From: Trypanosoma brucei
Lineage: Eukaryota
NCBI GenBank assembly: GCA_000002445.1
Contig: AE017150.2
Span: 64,001-128,000, forward strand
Direction: 5' to 3'
Length of the DNA: 64,000 nucleotides
Shown here: positions 61,378 through 64,000 of the stretch, in pieces
How positions within the stretch are numbered: the stretch's first letter is position 1
Layout: each line of letters begins with the position of its first letter
The notes under the pieces: model-generated
The model's input: the letters and a program-made list of their open reading frames with translations, nothing else
What the model was told of the DNA's origin: nothing
Database searches by the model: none
Program-made: the position numbers and the translations under genes

Positions 61378-64000
61378 AATGTCAGGAAACCAAGGAAGAA
61401 AGCGACAGTGCATCTCATCACCTGAGCAGTCAGAAGCTTTAAAGGAATCATCAACTACTGGACAAAATAAACTCACCACCGTTACAATCACCGAAGAGAC
61501 GCGTGACGCCAGTAATGATGAAACTGTGGTATCATTACTGAATGAGCATGAGAAATTGATTAAACAAACGACACGGCTGGAAAGCAGTGTGAAGGCACTT
61601 AGGTGTCTCATGAGTAATCTCACAGCTATGAGTGGCGAAAGGCAAGGTGGTGTGTGTGATGACACCGAATGCATACATAGAGTAACATTATATAATGCTG
61701 CTGATAATGCCTTCAGTGACGAAGGACTATATGAAGGTGCTCTTTCCTCACTCCGTGGCCGCATTCATACCAAGAAATTAACCATCACGTTATCAAAGGG
61801 TTGGAAATTTAACTTAGAACGAGTCAGTAAGCTAAAACAGTTAGAAGAGTTACGCATTGAATATCCGCGGGGCAAACTTGTGAATATGATATCTTTGAAG
61901 AGACTGCACATGTTGAAAAGGCTTTGTTTCAGGAGCAACAATATTGACAACAATGACGCCCGTCACTTATTCAATATTGTAACATTGGAAGAGTTGGCTA
62001 TTACTGACACCATGCAACTGACAAATATCAGAGGAATCTCTCGCTTGACTAACCTGAAGTGTCTTGAGTTAAATTCCACAGATATTGATGATAGCTGTAT
62101 AGGGGAAATAAGCGCATGTGCTAAACTGTCCAAATTGAGTGTATCCGAATGCAACAATATCACGGATGCAACCCCAATTTCACAACTTGCAGCACTGGAA
62201 GAGTTGAATCTAAACAGCTGTTACCACATAACGAAGGGAATAGAAACACTTGGCATGTTGTTGCGACTGCGTATGCTTGACTTGAGTGGTGTTCCTGTGG
62301 AAGATAATTGTCTGAAGGATTTGTGTGACTGTGGATCGCTTGAAAGGCTGAACATTTCTTATTGTATTCAGCTGACAGATATCAATCCACTCTCCAATGC
62401 CACTGCTATTGAGGAATTGAACCTTAACGGTTGTCGCCGAATAACACGAGGGATAGGCGTTGTGTGGGCATTACCAAAGCTCCGTGTATTGCACATGAAG
62501 GATGTGCACCTGAGCGAGCCATCTCTCGATTCAGTTGGAACTGGTGGATCACTTGTAAGGCTCAGTCTTGAGAATTGCAAAGGGTTTGGTGATGTCAAGC
62601 CCCTCTCGAACCTTGTTACACTTGAGGAACTGAATCTCCACTACTGTGACAAAGTAACCTCTGGAATGGGAACACTGGGCAGGCTACCGCAGCTTCGTGT
62701 ACTGGATTTGGGACGGACACAAGTTGATAATAATTCCCTTGAGAATATCTGCACAAGCTCAATCCCACTTGTGTCATTAAATCTTTCGCATTGCAAGAAA
62801 ATAACATCTATTTCTGCAATAGCTTCCCTTACAGCATTGGAGGAACTCAACATTGACAACTCCTGTAATGTAACATCCGGCTGGAATGTATTTGGTACAC
62901 TTCACCAACTGCGTGTAGCCACACTGTCGAATACACGCATTAATGATGAAAACATACGGCACGTTAGCGAGTGCAAGTCTTTGAATACACTCAACCTTGC
63001 GTTTTGCAAAGATATAACAGACGTCACAGCACTTTCTAAAATTACTATGCTTGAGGAGTTGAACCTTGATTGCTGCCCTAACATCAGAAAAGGTATTGAA
63101 ACTCTTGGAAAGCTTCCCAAGGCACGTATCCTAAGCATGAAGGAATGTTACATGGGAGACGGATATGCGCAACAATGTTCCATCCTTGGGAATAGTAAGT
63201 CACTTGTGAAACTGAATCTTGAGAGGTCAATGGGATTCATATCTGTGAAAGCTCTCTCTAACATTGCGACGTTGGAGGAATTGGTACTTGATCATGCAGA
63301 GGAAGTATGTTGCATACCGTCATTTTCCTGTCTACCGCGCCTTCGAGTACTGAATCTGAAATATACGGACATTAATGGTGATGTAACTAAAAATATTTCC
63401 GAATCGAAATCGCTGCGATCACTCAACTTATCACATTGCAAATGGGTAACCGATATATCAGTATTATCTTCCTTATCGACACTGGAAGAACTGAATGTTA
63501 ACTGCTGCAACGGAATACGAAAAGGCTGGGAGTCGCTCGGAAAGCTGCCTCTACTACGTGTAGCAATTCTATCTGATACTAACATCGCCGCTAAAGATAT
63601 AGCTTGCCTTAGCAGTTGCAAAACGCTGGTGAAACTAAAGTTTTTCCGGTGTGAGAAGTTGTCAGATGTTACGGTGGTGTATAAAATTCAATCACTGGAG
63701 GAACTGATAGTTAGGAGCTGTTCAGACGGCCTCAAGGGACTAAATGACCTTGGTACACTGCCACGGTTGCGTTTTTTGCTTCTGCGAAATGTGAGAGGTA
63801 GTGATATATCTGTTGAATCTATTGGGACGAGCAAATCTCTCGTGAGGCTTCATATTGAAATGCGCAAGGAGTTAACAGACATAACACCCCTCTCCAACAT
63901 CACGTCCCTTGAGGAATTGTCATTGCGGGAATGCGGTGATAACCTGGAAGGAGTCGGGACACTTGGGAAACTGCCACGGCTTAAATCGCTGGATCTCGGT
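61378..64000 (+). CDS. LRRP: Leucine-rich repeat protein (LRRP; ESAG8-related LRR family). This is the 5' part only: it runs off the window end after 874 codons.
   Basis: Open frame from the ATG at 61378 to the window end (translated by hand; it is absent from the ORF track because there is no stop). After a ~170-aa N-terminal region there are about 9 tandem ~72-aa super-repeats. Each holds three LRRs of the form 'L.L..C..ITD...LS....LEELNL..C..I..G...LG.LP.LRVL.L..T.I.D..L..I....SLV.LNLS.C'. Confidence 0.85.

Overview
This window reads as Trypanosoma brucei-type subtelomeric DNA; the assignments come from my recognition of the translated ORFs, not from a search. From 1 to about 50230 there is a tandem array of six retrotransposon hot spot (RHS) genes, all on the minus strand. 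Four are intact (857, 860, 837 and 845 aa). One is 5'-divergent. One is a chimeric pseudogene with a nonsense mutation and an indel. Every RHS product carries the family's GTPGIGKS P-loop. The RHS genes are separated by long AT-rich spacers that repeat in modular, recombined form, with subtype-specific 5' and 3' flanks. Four of the repeat units also carry a frameshifted, 5'-truncated copy of an RPB2-family gene (RNA polymerase second-largest subunit; C-terminal ~40%). It lies just downstream of the RHS gene on the same strand. The array ends abruptly near 50230. A ~6 kb GC-richer stretch with no long ORF or recognisable feature follows, most simply a divergent strand-switch region. After it, on the plus strand, come a heavily decayed receptor-type adenylate cyclase pseudogene (GRESAG4/ESAG4-like) containing a (GT)38 microsatellite, and the 5' part of a large leucine-rich repeat protein gene (LRRP, ESAG8-related) that runs off the window end. 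There are no rRNA or tRNA genes, CRISPR arrays or prokaryotic features. The antisense and spacer ORFs in the six-frame track are judged non-coding.
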